Assembly: GCA_964420205.1 (NCBI GenBank)
Contig: CAYQSO010000002.1
Location: 7,765-71,764 of the forward strand
DNA: 64,000 nt
Source of the DNA: an uncultured Candidatus Saccharibacteria bacterium
GTDB lineage: Bacteria > Patescibacteriota > Minisyncoccia > UBA6257 > JAGOQP01
Reading direction: 5' to 3'
Shown: positions 49,084-58,483 of the stretch, one piece after another
How the letters are laid out: each line of letters opens with the position of its first letter
How positions within the stretch are numbered: the stretch's first letter is position 1
Notes under the pieces: generated by a model
Databases searched by the model: none
The model's input: the letters and a program-made list of their open reading frames with translations, nothing else
What the model was told of the DNA's origin: nothing
Position numbers and translations under genes: made by a program

Positions 49084-49891
49084 TTTTTTCCAACCCTATC
49101 TTTATTATACTATCATACTCTTTATAGTCTTTTAACTCAGTAGTATATTCAAAAAACTTTAAATTTATTTTAGGGAAATAAAAATAAGTAAACGATTCGA
49201 GCTCTTTTCTTAGTCCTGAAATATTAATGTACTCTACAGGGTCCATTCTAAGAAACTTCCCCCTCCAATCTTTAACTTCTTCTTCTACTATATATTTTTG
49301 TTTAAATTCCTTTATAGCACTGCTTAAATATTTATAATATTTTTCCGGTCTTACCAAACACATCATACCTAAAACCTGTAACAAAGAACTCGACCACGGG
49401 GTAGCTGTCATCGCTATGATTCTATCCCACATAAAATAAATTTTCTGGTAAGCACCGTGAACTATAGAATCGTAGTTATTCATTTCGTGTGCTTCATCTA
49501 TAATTAGTAATATCTTCTTATAATTCTTAGTTAAAGACTTTTTAAAGAATTGAATGTTTTCTTCATCTAACCCAATATCCTTAATCATAGAATGTTTTAT
49601 TAAAATTATTTTATCATCACCCTCAACAGCCTTTTTAAAATCTTCTACTAATTCAATTATACTTAGTTTTATACCTAATTTTTCAGCATCTTTAATAAAA
49701 GGAGTCGTTGCTGAAGGTGTTGCTACAATAACTATTTTATCTATCATTTTATTTTTATACAAATAACGTCCTGTAAAGACCGAGGATAGGGTCTTACCTG
49801 CACCTGCTGATACAAACCATAAACACTTCTTAATATTTATAGCAAATTTAGCTGCGTTTTGCTGATAATCTCTTAAAACTATTTTTTTCAT
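49028..49891 (-). CDS. SNF2-like helicase, N-terminal domain
   Basis: LRDYQ, AGAGKT, IIDEAH and MTATP motifs. Confidence 0.85.
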   Translation of the reverse strand: MKKIVLRDYQQNAAKFAINIKKCLWFVSAGAGKTLSSVFTGRYLYKNKMIDKIVIVATPSATTPFIKDAEKLGIKLSIIELVEDFKKAVEGDDKIILIKHSMIKDIGLDEENIQFFKKSLTKNYKKILLIIDEAHEMNNYDSIVHGAYQKIYFMWDRIIAMTATPWSSSLLQVLGMMCLVRPEKYYKYLSSAIKEFKQKYIVEEEVKDWRGKFLRMDPVEYINISGLRKELESFTYFYFPKINLKFFEYTTELKDYKEYDSIIKIGLEKNAKDKSKSTKSTKYNKEE

Positions 49892-50406
49892 TATGGATTG
49901 AATACCTCTGGGTAACCTGTAAAAGTTTCAATCCCGTCTATATGAACATACCCTTTAGGAACAGTTACTTTGTCTATTTCTATTCTTTTAAAAAATTTTA
50001 ATCTACCTTGTATCATCAAATCCCATATAAAATTAAAAAATAACTGATACTGCTTATTAGCAGGTTCTAAATCAAAAGCTCTAAAAGAACAATGAGCACT
50101 TAAATAAGGTATTTTCTTACCTTTTACAATAGAATCTATGTTTGACCTCAATCCTCTCTGTGTCATATTACCATTAAAAGCCCACGTATTTATAAAAATG
50201 CCCTTAGACAGGACTTTAAGATCAGAGAAGGTATCACAATATTCTTCCCACTTTTCTCTTATAAAATCTAACTCCCTCGGAGCTTGTTCAGGGAACATTA
50301 ACCATAAAAATTCCTCTCCAAAACGAGGAACATAATAATTATATACTAAAGGGCTAACTAACTCCTTTAAAATAAAATGTTCACACTTATACATACTACA
50401 CACCAA
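49891..50406 (-). CDS. peptidase M15-like protein (candidate endolysin)
   Basis: INTW...RGLR...SAH...RAFD...YVHID Zn-peptidase pattern. Confidence 0.7.
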   Translation of the reverse strand: MVCSMYKCEHFILKELVSPLVYNYYVPRFGEEFLWLMFPEQAPRELDFIREKWEEYCDTFSDLKVLSKGIFINTWAFNGNMTQRGLRSNIDSIVKGKKIPYLSAHCSFRAFDLEPANKQYQLFFNFIWDLMIQGRLKFFKRIEIDKVTVPKGYVHIDGIETFTGYPEVFNP

Positions 50407-51310
50407 TTAAACTTAAATTAACTTTATAAAACTGACATAACTGTGTTAGTTCTTCCTTAGAAATTGTGCTAAGTAACATTTTAGTGTTACTTAAAATAGA
50501 TTTATCTTTCCAACAATCCAACAAAGATACTAATTTATAATTTAATAAGATAGTATCAAAATTTTCTGCTATCTTATGTTTTAAAGACATATCTGTTAGA
50601 TTACATATTATGTTATCTGCTAAATTCCCCTCATCTAAATATTTACCATTCCACTTCTGTATTATAGCTTTCACATCCTTATAATTTATTTTCGGAATTG
50701 CTGGTTTAATATTATCTGAAATATCACCTTTAAAAGTTTTCCATAATACAGATGTTTTTAAATCCTCCGATATAAAACTATAATCATTATCTTTACCTAC
50801 TTTAAACTTTTTATTAAGGTCTTTTTTAGATAGGGTTATGAATTTCCCGCCCCTATAGTTATTCGAAAGACTTATATTAGGAAATCCGCACAGTTGGATA
50901 AGATCCTTATCCCCACTATGTATTGTTGCTTCTTTACCTTTTCTAGACTCTTTTACCGCTAGTGCTGCAATAACTTCATCTGCTTCATGAAATTTATTTC
51001 GTAATATAATGAATTTACTATTAAAAGAAGATAAAATCTTTAAAAAATCACCCCAATTTTTATAAACAGTTTCTTTTTTATCCCCTCTCCCAGATTTATA
51101 TTCTGGATAGAGTTTTTTCTTTTCGTGGTTCTTTAAATCAGAATCTAATACAATATAAATCTTTCCAAACTCTTCTAGATTATTTCTTGCTATAAGATTT
51201 AAAAAATAACAAGTACCATAAATTCCGGGGTCTTTATAACCTTGACCATCATTTACATACCAATACCTATGGAAAACATATGATAAATCTACTATTAAAA
51301 TTTTTTCCAA
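50396..51310 (-). CDS. 5'-3' exonuclease / T4 RNase H-like flap nuclease
   Basis: LIVDLS, YPEYKSGR, EADEVI, SGDKDLIQL and GDISDNI motifs. Confidence 0.9.
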   Translation of the reverse strand: MEKILIVDLSYVFHRYWYVNDGQGYKDPGIYGTCYFLNLIARNNLEEFGKIYIVLDSDLKNHEKKKLYPEYKSGRGDKKETVYKNWGDFLKILSSFNSKFIILRNKFHEADEVIAALAVKESRKGKEATIHSGDKDLIQLCGFPNISLSNNYRGGKFITLSKKDLNKKFKVGKDNDYSFISEDLKTSVLWKTFKGDISDNIKPAIPKINYKDVKAIIQKWNGKYLDEGNLADNIICNLTDMSLKHKIAENFDTILLNYKLVSLLDCWKDKSILSNTKMLLSTISKEELTQLCQFYKVNLSLIGV

Positions 51311-51312
51311 AA

Positions 51313-52071
51313 CTATATCTCTATTACTAAATCTTCTTGAAAACCTGTGTCTTCATTAGGGTATCCTAATTGGTTGCTAATAAAAACTACCTCACCGTTA
51401 GTAAAGGGTTTACTAATTCTATGAGAACAGTGAGTATGCCCTGAAAACCAATATGTACAGAGTCTCTCTGCTTTATTAAAATCATCAGTCAAATCAACTT
51501 CGAAAGCATACTTCAGTACACTATTACTTTCTGTTAAAAAAGGTTGATGGTGTGTTACTACTATACAGACCTCTTTACTATTATTTAACTCATTAAAAAT
51601 ATATTCTTTACTTTGTTCATATAAGTAATTAACGAAAAACGGAGTTATCCCTTTATAATTAAGTTTTTCAGTAGTAATATATTTATAATCATTTAAACCA
51701 AACTGGATATTATAAATATCTGTCGAATTCATTCTATTGAAATCTGTCCAAAGCGTACTTCCTATAAACCTGACATTATCTATTACTACTGAACTATTAT
51801 TTAAAAAGAAATATCTATCATTTTCTTCAGACTTCTCTTTCATTCTCCTATCTATCTTTTCCATCCTATGACTAGAATAATATAGATGATTTCCAGGAAC
51901 CTCTACTATTTTTAAAATAGGGTATTTTTTTAATAATTTATCAGAAAATTCCCACGCTGTAAGACCCTCACCTATATCTCCAGCAAGACACAAAACATCT
52001 ATACCCTCTAAATTAGGTTCATAATCTAGTCTAAACCCTAAATGTATATCACTAAATAATTTTATTTTCAT
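51313..52071 (-). CDS. metallophosphoesterase
   Basis: SDIH, LAGDI, PGNH, TLWTDF, VTHH, GHTH and NQLGY motifs. Confidence 0.88.
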   Translation of the reverse strand: MKIKLFSDIHLGFRLDYEPNLEGIDVLCLAGDIGEGLTAWEFSDKLLKKYPILKIVEVPGNHLYYSSHRMEKIDRRMKEKSEENDRYFFLNNSSVVIDNVRFIGSTLWTDFNRMNSTDIYNIQFGLNDYKYITTEKLNYKGITPFFVNYLYEQSKEYIFNELNNSKEVCIVVTHHQPFLTESNSVLKYAFEVDLTDDFNKAERLCTYWFSGHTHCSHRISKPFTNGEVVFISNQLGYPNEDTGFQEDLVIEI

Positions 52072-52077
52072 TTTAAT

Positions 52078-52106
52078 AGTTTAAACTATTTTAAAAATTT
52101 AGTCAA
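52078..52106 (-). promoter_or_regulatory. sigma70-type promoter
   Basis: TTGACT-17 nt-TAAACT. Confidence 0.6.
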
Positions 52107-52108
52107 GT

Positions 52109-53026
52109 CTAAGCTAAAATAGAAATAAGTTTGTTTATTTCTTTTTTCCACTCACCTTCTATGTAATCATAAGTAAGATTTATAAGGTTTGGGATATTCT
52201 CTATTGTGTTCATTGCATCTAATTTTTCTGGGAGAATTGGATTAAACACGAATCTACGATCTTCGTCTAGTAATTTTTGAATAGCATAGCTTGTCGTATC
52301 ACTTTGCCCATCATTCACTATGTCGAAGAGAGAAGATGCCCAATTAAATACTGTCCAATTCTTAATCTTATTAAAAGGTATTGAATAAGAATAACTACCT
52401 GTCCCAATACTTACTACTATTACTTCTTTATCTGGGAACATCTTTTTTGCTTCAATATACCCATATATTGTAGGATCATTGGCAAAAACACCCCCATCTA
52501 TCAGAGACATACTTCCTATCTTATAAGGTGGGAAGTATGTAGGAGCCGCACTAGTTGCACGAGCAAACTTCCATATCTCAATATCCTCATATATCTCTTG
52601 AGTAGAATTTATAAAACGGGCTTGTCTATCTTTAGTATCATACATAGTAGTTATGACAGGATTACTTAAAGTTGTTAAAGTATACTCACCTAGCTTCTCC
52701 TTTAAAATACCTTCGATGCCCTCTGAAGAATGTTTATGTTTGATATAATTTATAGGCCACTTAAAAATTCTTTTATCAAAAATTTTTTTAGCCGACTCAC
52801 CTGTAAAGAAATCTATTACGTCTTTTGTAGTATACCCTTGCCTACACGTATAAAGATAAGATAAAATACCCCCTACAGAAGTACCTATAAAAGCATCAAA
52901 TAAATCTCTCGGCTGCTTCCCCGTTAAATTAAAAATATGGTGAAGCAAAATAGCTTGTATAACTCCTTTACAACCCCCACCCGAAAGACTAAGTAATACT
53001 ACCCTATTTTTACCTATTTTCATCAT
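52109..53026 (-). CDS. patatin-like phospholipase
   Basis: GGGCKG, GTSVG (catalytic Ser), SAAPTYF, DGG (catalytic Asp), SIGTG. Confidence 0.92.
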   Translation of the reverse strand: MMKIGKNRVVLLSLSGGGCKGVIQAILLHHIFNLTGKQPRDLFDAFIGTSVGGILSYLYTCRQGYTTKDVIDFFTGESAKKIFDKRIFKWPINYIKHKHSSEGIEGILKEKLGEYTLTTLSNPVITTMYDTKDRQARFINSTQEIYEDIEIWKFARATSAAPTYFPPYKIGSMSLIDGGVFANDPTIYGYIEAKKMFPDKEVIVVSIGTGSYSYSIPFNKIKNWTVFNWASSLFDIVNDGQSDTTSYAIQKLLDEDRRFVFNPILPEKLDAMNTIENIPNLINLTYDYIEGEWKKEINKLISILA

Positions 53027-53339
53027 CTCTAAAATTTTTAAAACTACTACTAAGAATTATATTAACTTTTGCATCTAATCCTGTTACAGACTTTAATATT
53101 TCTGTATTAGAATTTTTTAAATCATTAAAAGCTCTTTGTAACTCTCTTAATGCTTCATTGTCCGCTTTCTTTTCTATTTTATCATAAATTTCTTTTCTAC
53201 ATTTTTGTTGGCATTGTACACAAGACTCATTTGTTTTAAATGCGTTACTAAGAAATTCTATGACTTTCTGAATAGCATTAATTATTATATAGAGTACTAT
53301 AAAGGCACCTAAACCTACTACATAATATATTGAATCCAT
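53010..53339 (-). CDS. holin-like membrane protein
   Basis: Single N-terminal TM helix followed by a coiled coil; downstream of the tail genes. Confidence 0.45.
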   Translation of the reverse strand: MDSIYYVVGLGAFIVLYIIINAIQKVIEFLSNAFKTNESCVQCQQKCRKEIYDKIEKKADNEALRELQRAFNDLKNSNTEILKSVTGLDAKVNIILSSSFKNFRDDENR

Positions 53340-53382
53340 TATTGTTCTCCTTACCTATTGACTTTTAATCTGTTGAACTAAA

Positions 53383-53580
53383 GACTCTATATACAAATCA
53401 AACTGCTCCAAATTAGTAACTTTAAACATAATTTATCCTACTTGAAGTTACTAATTCGCTTTTTCTTGCTTCTCCAGTATACCTGTTAGGTATACAATCG
53501 TACTCTCTTTTATCACCAGAGGCGACTACTTGAGTTTGTTTTAACACTCCACAAGCGTTAATTCCCGACAAGCCATCGGT
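53383..53580 (-). ncRNA. predicted omegaRNA of TnpB2 (scaffold plus guide TTTGATTTGTATATAGAGTC)
   Basis: Same scaffold as copy 1; terminal hairpin AATTAGTAACTT...AAGTTACTAATT, then TGGAGCAG. Confidence 0.75.
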
Positions 53581-54780
53581 ATTTACACTATTTAACAATG
53601 TGTATTCTTTACAATTCTTAAGGTTTACTGCTGCATTGTAGTCTCTCTGGTGCTCTGCACCACAACTACTACATTTCCAGTTCCTATCTTTTAATCTTAA
53701 CATATTATTTTTAGTATTACAAATACTACATAATTTAGATGAAGGGTAAAATCTACCTACTTCTCTTACTTCTATATTATGTTTAGTACACTTTTGTGTT
53801 AGAGTTTGTTTAAAGTAATAAGGTTTATTTTGTAGGGTAGCTTTACTTAGATGTCTGTTTTTAACCATTCCTTTTACATTAAGGTTCTCAATAGAAACAA
53901 ATTTAGGTTTCTTCCTAACTATATCATCAATACACTTATTAATGTAGGAATTTCTTATTTGTTCTAACCTATAATGAAGTTTAGAAACTTTATCTTTATT
54001 CTTTATATAATTGTTAGAAACTCTATCTCTTTTCTCTTTTTTCTTGGCCTCGTACTTCCTATTTAAAGCTCTCTGTTGTCTTTTAAGATTTTTTTCTAGC
54101 TTCTTAATCTTAGTAGTCTTATTAATATTTTCGTAACTAGTACTATTAGAACATGTCAAATATGTACTAATCCCCCAGTCAGCACCAATTCCTTCATTAC
54201 AATTCCTGTAATCTCTCGTACTCTCCTCGTATACTATAACAGAGATAAAATACTTACTAGCTCTCTTAGTTATTGCTCCACTTATTATTTTATTAGACTC
54301 TATAGGAAGATATCCTTTTTCTTTTATGTGTATCTCTCCAAACATAGGAACTTTTATCTTGTGTCTCTCACATTTAATAGGTTTATCTAAAGATGCTCTT
54401 ACAAAATATACCCCTGTCTTATCAGTAGAAGCTTTTTTAAATTTAGGAAATCCTTTCTTCTCCTCCATAAATTTAACATAAGTATTATCACAATTCATCA
54501 TTGTCTTCCTAAGAGCTTTACTTCCAGCTTCCTTTAACCACTGTTTATCTTCATTCTCTTTGAGATACTCATTATTGAACCATTTACTAAAGTTGTAGTT
54601 ATTAAGATATTTTTCTCCTACGGAGTATCTTTCTTTATTAACAGAGATAAACAAATTCCAGACAAACCTACAAGCTGAAGTAGTAAGCTTGTAAAGCTTT
54701 TCCTGTTCCTTATTTAATTTTATCTCTGTTCTATAAGCTTTCATTAATGGGACTGTTCTATCTTTTATACTCATCAAATG
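53403..54780 (-). mobile_element. non-autonomous IS607-type tnpB element, copy 2
   Basis: tnpB plus shared 3' scaffold ending GGAGCAG; no tnpA. Left boundary is approximate. Confidence 0.75.
53422..54777 (-). CDS. tnpB: RNA-guided endonuclease TnpB (IS607 type); start 54777 or 54744
   Basis: GIGADWG, SIENLN, CSIC...CSSC, RDYNAAVN; clearly homologous to copy 1. Confidence 0.92.
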   Translation of the reverse strand: MMSIKDRTVPLMKAYRTEIKLNKEQEKLYKLTTSACRFVWNLFISVNKERYSVGEKYLNNYNFSKWFNNEYLKENEDKQWLKEAGSKALRKTMMNCDNTYVKFMEEKKGFPKFKKASTDKTGVYFVRASLDKPIKCERHKIKVPMFGEIHIKEKGYLPIESNKIISGAITKRASKYFISVIVYEESTRDYRNCNEGIGADWGISTYLTCSNSTSYENINKTTKIKKLEKNLKRQQRALNRKYEAKKKEKRDRVSNNYIKNKDKVSKLHYRLEQIRNSYINKCIDDIVRKKPKFVSIENLNVKGMVKNRHLSKATLQNKPYYFKQTLTQKCTKHNIEVREVGRFYPSSKLCSICNTKNNMLRLKDRNWKCSSCGAEHQRDYNAAVNLKNCKEYTLLNSVNTDGLSGINACGVLKQTQVVASGDKREYDCIPNRYTGEARKSELVTSSRINYV

Positions 54781-54807
54781 TGTAAAATAATGTTATTAAA
54801 ATTTAAT

Positions 54808-55509
54808 TTAGTTTGCTTTTATTTGGCCTATTAAGACGTTAACGTACAAATCAAACTCTACATCCGTCATATTTATTATACTATTTGCATTACCCATTAT
54901 AGCCATCGCAAACTGATTTAATTGTTGCTCCGTCATAGTAAATACTGCTATTGCTAACTGTTCATTAGCTGTTCTTATTTTATTACTTATTTTTACATCC
55001 AGCTCTGTTAAATCATCTACTTTTTGTGTGATCAAATCTCTTATTCTCTCTACCTCAAAAGAATCTATGGAAATTACTTCATCTAAACCTGTATCATAAT
55101 GTTTAATTTTATGTTTCTTTATACTACCGGATTTCATAGCAGTAAGCACAAGATCACTCAATGTTTCTTCAAGGAGATTTAACTTAGCAATAACTTTATA
55201 CCCATCTGCTTTAGTTACCTGTACTGGAAACGATAAAGCTCTATATTCACTTGCTTTTTCTAAATAAAAATTAAGCCCGTTTTCTCTAAGTAATTCTATG
55301 TCTAATAGCTTTTCTCTATAATAAGGGTAATTATCCATTGGTTCATACTCTTTACCATCATCAGGAATTTCAACTAAATTATAAAAAGAGCTATTTTCAC
55401 ATTCTGTATTATTCTTACTATAAATTATACTTAATGTTTCTTTATCTAATATTCTACAACTTTTATACACTATTAAAAACTCCTCTTTGTTGTAAATATA
55501 ATTTCCCAT
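54808..55509 (-). CDS. tail-fibre-associated hypothetical protein
   Basis: Overlaps the tail fibre stop, in the typical chaperone position. Confidence 0.5.
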   Translation of the reverse strand: MGNYIYNKEEFLIVYKSCRILDKETLSIIYSKNNTECENSSFYNLVEIPDDGKEYEPMDNYPYYREKLLDIELLRENGLNFYLEKASEYRALSFPVQVTKADGYKVIAKLNLLEETLSDLVLTAMKSGSIKKHKIKHYDTGLDEVISIDSFEVERIRDLITQKVDDLTELDVKISNKIRTANEQLAIAVFTMTEQQLNQFAMAIMGNANSIINMTDVEFDLYVNVLIGQIKAN

Positions 55510-57179
55510 TTAGAGTATGTTATTCTGCATTCTTCTATACCCGCTTCTCTAATAACTGCAAATGGTTGAAGAGTTCCAGCAGCTCTAGTTGTATGAGTTA
55601 TTCCAGTTAATTTATTTAATTTATAAACATATTCACTAGAGTCAAAAACGCCATCAATACTTTTACCAAACCCTTTTGCTTTTTCACCTACCTCATATCC
55701 ATATTCAGAAGAAATACATATTAATTCATTTTCACTCTTGCAGTCTGAACCAATATTATGGCTAAATGATATATTTGTTAATGCTGTTGATGGAATAGCA
55801 CTTTGTATGACTGATTTACCATTTAAAGCATAACTTATGGGTGTTCCAAGTATTCCACCTGTTTTTGTAACTTCACCTAATTTAACAAATTGTGTTTCAA
55901 TCCAAGCACCCCCACCATATTTATATGGAATATATGGTTTAACAGATATATCTAACCAATAATCACCACTTGAAGGTGTTGCTGGTTCACTATAACTTTC
56001 GGTTATTGTACCACTACATAATGAAGCAGTTGTATTACCTTTTTCAATTATAATATAATACGTATCATCAGAAGATAATTCACTTGAAATATTTGCTAAA
56101 CTTTCAAATGTTGAAACAGTTCCATCTGGAAAAGTACAAACTAAATTTTCATAGCTTGTTCCACCATCTACATCAAAACTTACTTCTGTATCTGATACTT
56201 TATTAATAAAATCAGCATATCCATCTGAGTCTCTATATGCACTATTTACTGAATAAGTAGTATATATATCAGGTTGTAAGCTTATTAGTTGACTATAGTT
56301 TACTGCGTCATAATTAGATACCCCGTTAGCTACTTCAAAATTAACAGAACTATCTCCTAATCTCTTTGCATAATCTCCTACAACACTATAAGCTATTTCT
56401 CTACATCCAGTAGCACTAAACTCGTAAATTCCCACATCACCAATTTGTGTAACTCTATTAGTTCCTCTTAATAATACCAAACTTGTTGCATTATATGTTA
56501 AAGTTCTCACAGTATTCCAACGTATTACAGCAATACCTTTTGTCCACCCTGTAATAGATGTTATGGTTTCTCCCCCATTCGCTATAAAAGAATTACTTGT
56601 CTCATCTAACGTTAATACACCGCCAGATGAAGTTTTGGAAACAGAATTTGGTTGGTGCAAGGCACCTGTCATAGTATCCCCTGCTTTTTTTACCCATCTA
56701 TCTTGGTGAGCATTGAGATCTAAGTTATGTGCGTTTACATCCCCAGCAGCATAAATAAAATTAAATACACCTGCTCCTGAGCCTTGTGAAAATTGTACTT
56801 CTACATCTATCTGATAATTTACAATTTCTGAATATGTAATAGCATTTCCATCGGGAGGATGTATAATTGCTAAAAGATATGTACTACCGCCATTAGTATT
56901 CGCATATAAATATAACTCATTTATTAAACTACCGTCTACTATAGGAACTTCATCGGAAGACGGTGGAATAATCATAGATATCTCTATTTTATTATCGGAA
57001 ACTGTTGCTACTGGATTAAAGGTATCGGTGAACCACGTTGGATTTGCAATTGTTCTTGTGGGGTCTAATGTCCCTTGAACAGATGATACTGCAAAAGAAG
57101 TTACATTTATAAGACTTGGATTAGCTAAAACTTCTGATAATGCTTGTGCTGTAAGCACCCCTGTAAATGAATTTGACAT
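55473..57179 (-). CDS. tail fibre protein
   Basis: Baseplate-anchor-like N-terminus; HNLDLNAH...VKKAGDTMTGAL, DAVNYSQL and GDYWLD fibre motifs. Confidence 0.8.
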   Translation of the reverse strand: MSNSFTGVLTAQALSEVLANPSLINVTSFAVSSVQGTLDPTRTIANPTWFTDTFNPVATVSDNKIEISMIIPPSSDEVPIVDGSLINELYLYANTNGGSTYLLAIIHPPDGNAITYSEIVNYQIDVEVQFSQGSGAGVFNFIYAAGDVNAHNLDLNAHQDRWVKKAGDTMTGALHQPNSVSKTSSGGVLTLDETSNSFIANGGETITSITGWTKGIAVIRWNTVRTLTYNATSLVLLRGTNRVTQIGDVGIYEFSATGCREIAYSVVGDYAKRLGDSSVNFEVANGVSNYDAVNYSQLISLQPDIYTTYSVNSAYRDSDGYADFINKVSDTEVSFDVDGGTSYENLVCTFPDGTVSTFESLANISSELSSDDTYYIIIEKGNTTASLCSGTITESYSEPATPSSGDYWLDISVKPYIPYKYGGGAWIETQFVKLGEVTKTGGILGTPISYALNGKSVIQSAIPSTALTNISFSHNIGSDCKSENELICISSEYGYEVGEKAKGFGKSIDGVFDSSEYVYKLNKLTGITHTTRAAGTLQPFAVIREAGIEECRITYSKWEIIFTTKRSF

Positions 57180-57354
57180 ATTTTATATTAAACCTGTAAA
57201 TTGACTGTATTAGATACTATTAATAAAATTTAACTTAAAACTAAGTAAACTTAACCTACTATCTTTAATATTACTTCTATATTTAACACAGTTAGTAGAA
57301 ATATTTATCTTCAATATTTTAGTCATATTTAAGAGTAAATTTCATTTTCACTCC

Positions 57355-58458
57355 TTATGGTTTATCTATATAGCCTTCATAATTTCCTCTTGTATTAGCA
57401 CTTGGGGATAAACCACTTGCTGTTGTAGCATGGGCATAAATAAAACCGCCACTTCTAGCATATAAATCATTTGTAGAGTTACTACTAGCTGTGCCACTTC
57501 CAAATTGAACACTTGCGCAAACAGATGCTTGTACTCCATTGCCACCATTACTAGAACAAGTTCCACCAGAAGCATATACCCTTGCTCCATTACTTGCGTT
57601 TATACCATCTCCACCATTATTAGAACTATTTATATTAGTTACAATTGAATCCCCACCATTAGTACTATATCCATCATCTAATGCATTTTGACTAATAATA
57701 TCTTCTGCTCTTAAATAAGAACCACTATGACATACAATGTTTTTATAAAATTCTATAATTTTAACTTGAGGTTCAGCAGTACAATTTCCACCTTCTTTTA
57801 ACCATAAACCATAAACATCTGATGTAACGCCATCACCTTTAATCGTTACGCCTGATATTCTAAACACACATCCACAATCAACAACAAACCCGTTTGAGCC
57901 ATTATTAAAATGTAAAATAACATTATCTGCATCTGTCGGGTCTCCCTGGACAAGAATATTTTGCCCCTGTGAATGATTTCTTAAAAATTCATCATTAAAT
58001 GTATACGTCGTAGGGGGGCTAGAATAATCCAACTGGATCGTAACCAAGACACCTGCCTTGATAACTTTATCGGCAAGATACTCAAATGCATCGTTAAGCG
58101 TTGGATAATCTGTTGATGGCACACTTATAGTAGTATCAACAGAAATCATAATAGCTTTTAAAACATCTAACTGGGTCTGAATATTACTATAAACATTATC
58201 CAAATAGCTTAACTCAGTAGCTGTAATATCTGAAACAACTATTTTACCACTTGCATCAGTGACTCCTACCCTATCCCCAGTCAAATTAGCATCTATTAAT
58301 TCACTAACAGCGCCATCTTGTGCACCCCCTTTTACAAAGTCTTGTACAGTGCATTTTTTACTCACGGGAAAGCTGTTTACATCATCAACTATATAAGCTA
58401 AATTGTCTACTGCTACTTCAGTTTCTGGATTTAATTGCGTTACTTTTTTATCTATCAT
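57355..58458 (-). CDS. tail-associated beta-helix protein
   Basis: VPSTDYPTLNDAF followed by SNNGGDGI/SNGGNGV right-handed beta-helix repeats. Confidence 0.7.
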   Translation of the reverse strand: MIDKKVTQLNPETEVAVDNLAYIVDDVNSFPVSKKCTVQDFVKGGAQDGAVSELIDANLTGDRVGVTDASGKIVVSDITATELSYLDNVYSNIQTQLDVLKAIMISVDTTISVPSTDYPTLNDAFEYLADKVIKAGVLVTIQLDYSSPPTTYTFNDEFLRNHSQGQNILVQGDPTDADNVILHFNNGSNGFVVDCGCVFRISGVTIKGDGVTSDVYGLWLKEGGNCTAEPQVKIIEFYKNIVCHSGSYLRAEDIISQNALDDGYSTNGGDSIVTNINSSNNGGDGINASNGARVYASGGTCSSNGGNGVQASVCASVQFGSGTASSNSTNDLYARSGGFIYAHATTASGLSPSANTRGNYEGYIDKP

Positions 58459-58483
58459 ACATCCTACCTATTTACTTTAAAAT

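Noticed and set aside
2619-55610. All plus-strand ORFs in the track
   Set aside because: They lie antisense to well-supported genes or RNAs, are Leu/Phe/Ser-rich shadows, and show no recognisable motifs.
57366-57590. 74 aa ORF nested in the beta-helix gene
   Set aside because: It is an alternate-frame shadow with no RBS or motif.
55473-58458. Diversity-generating retroelement or invertible tail-fibre cassette
   Set aside because: No reverse transcriptase, template/variable repeat pair or invertase is visible in the window.
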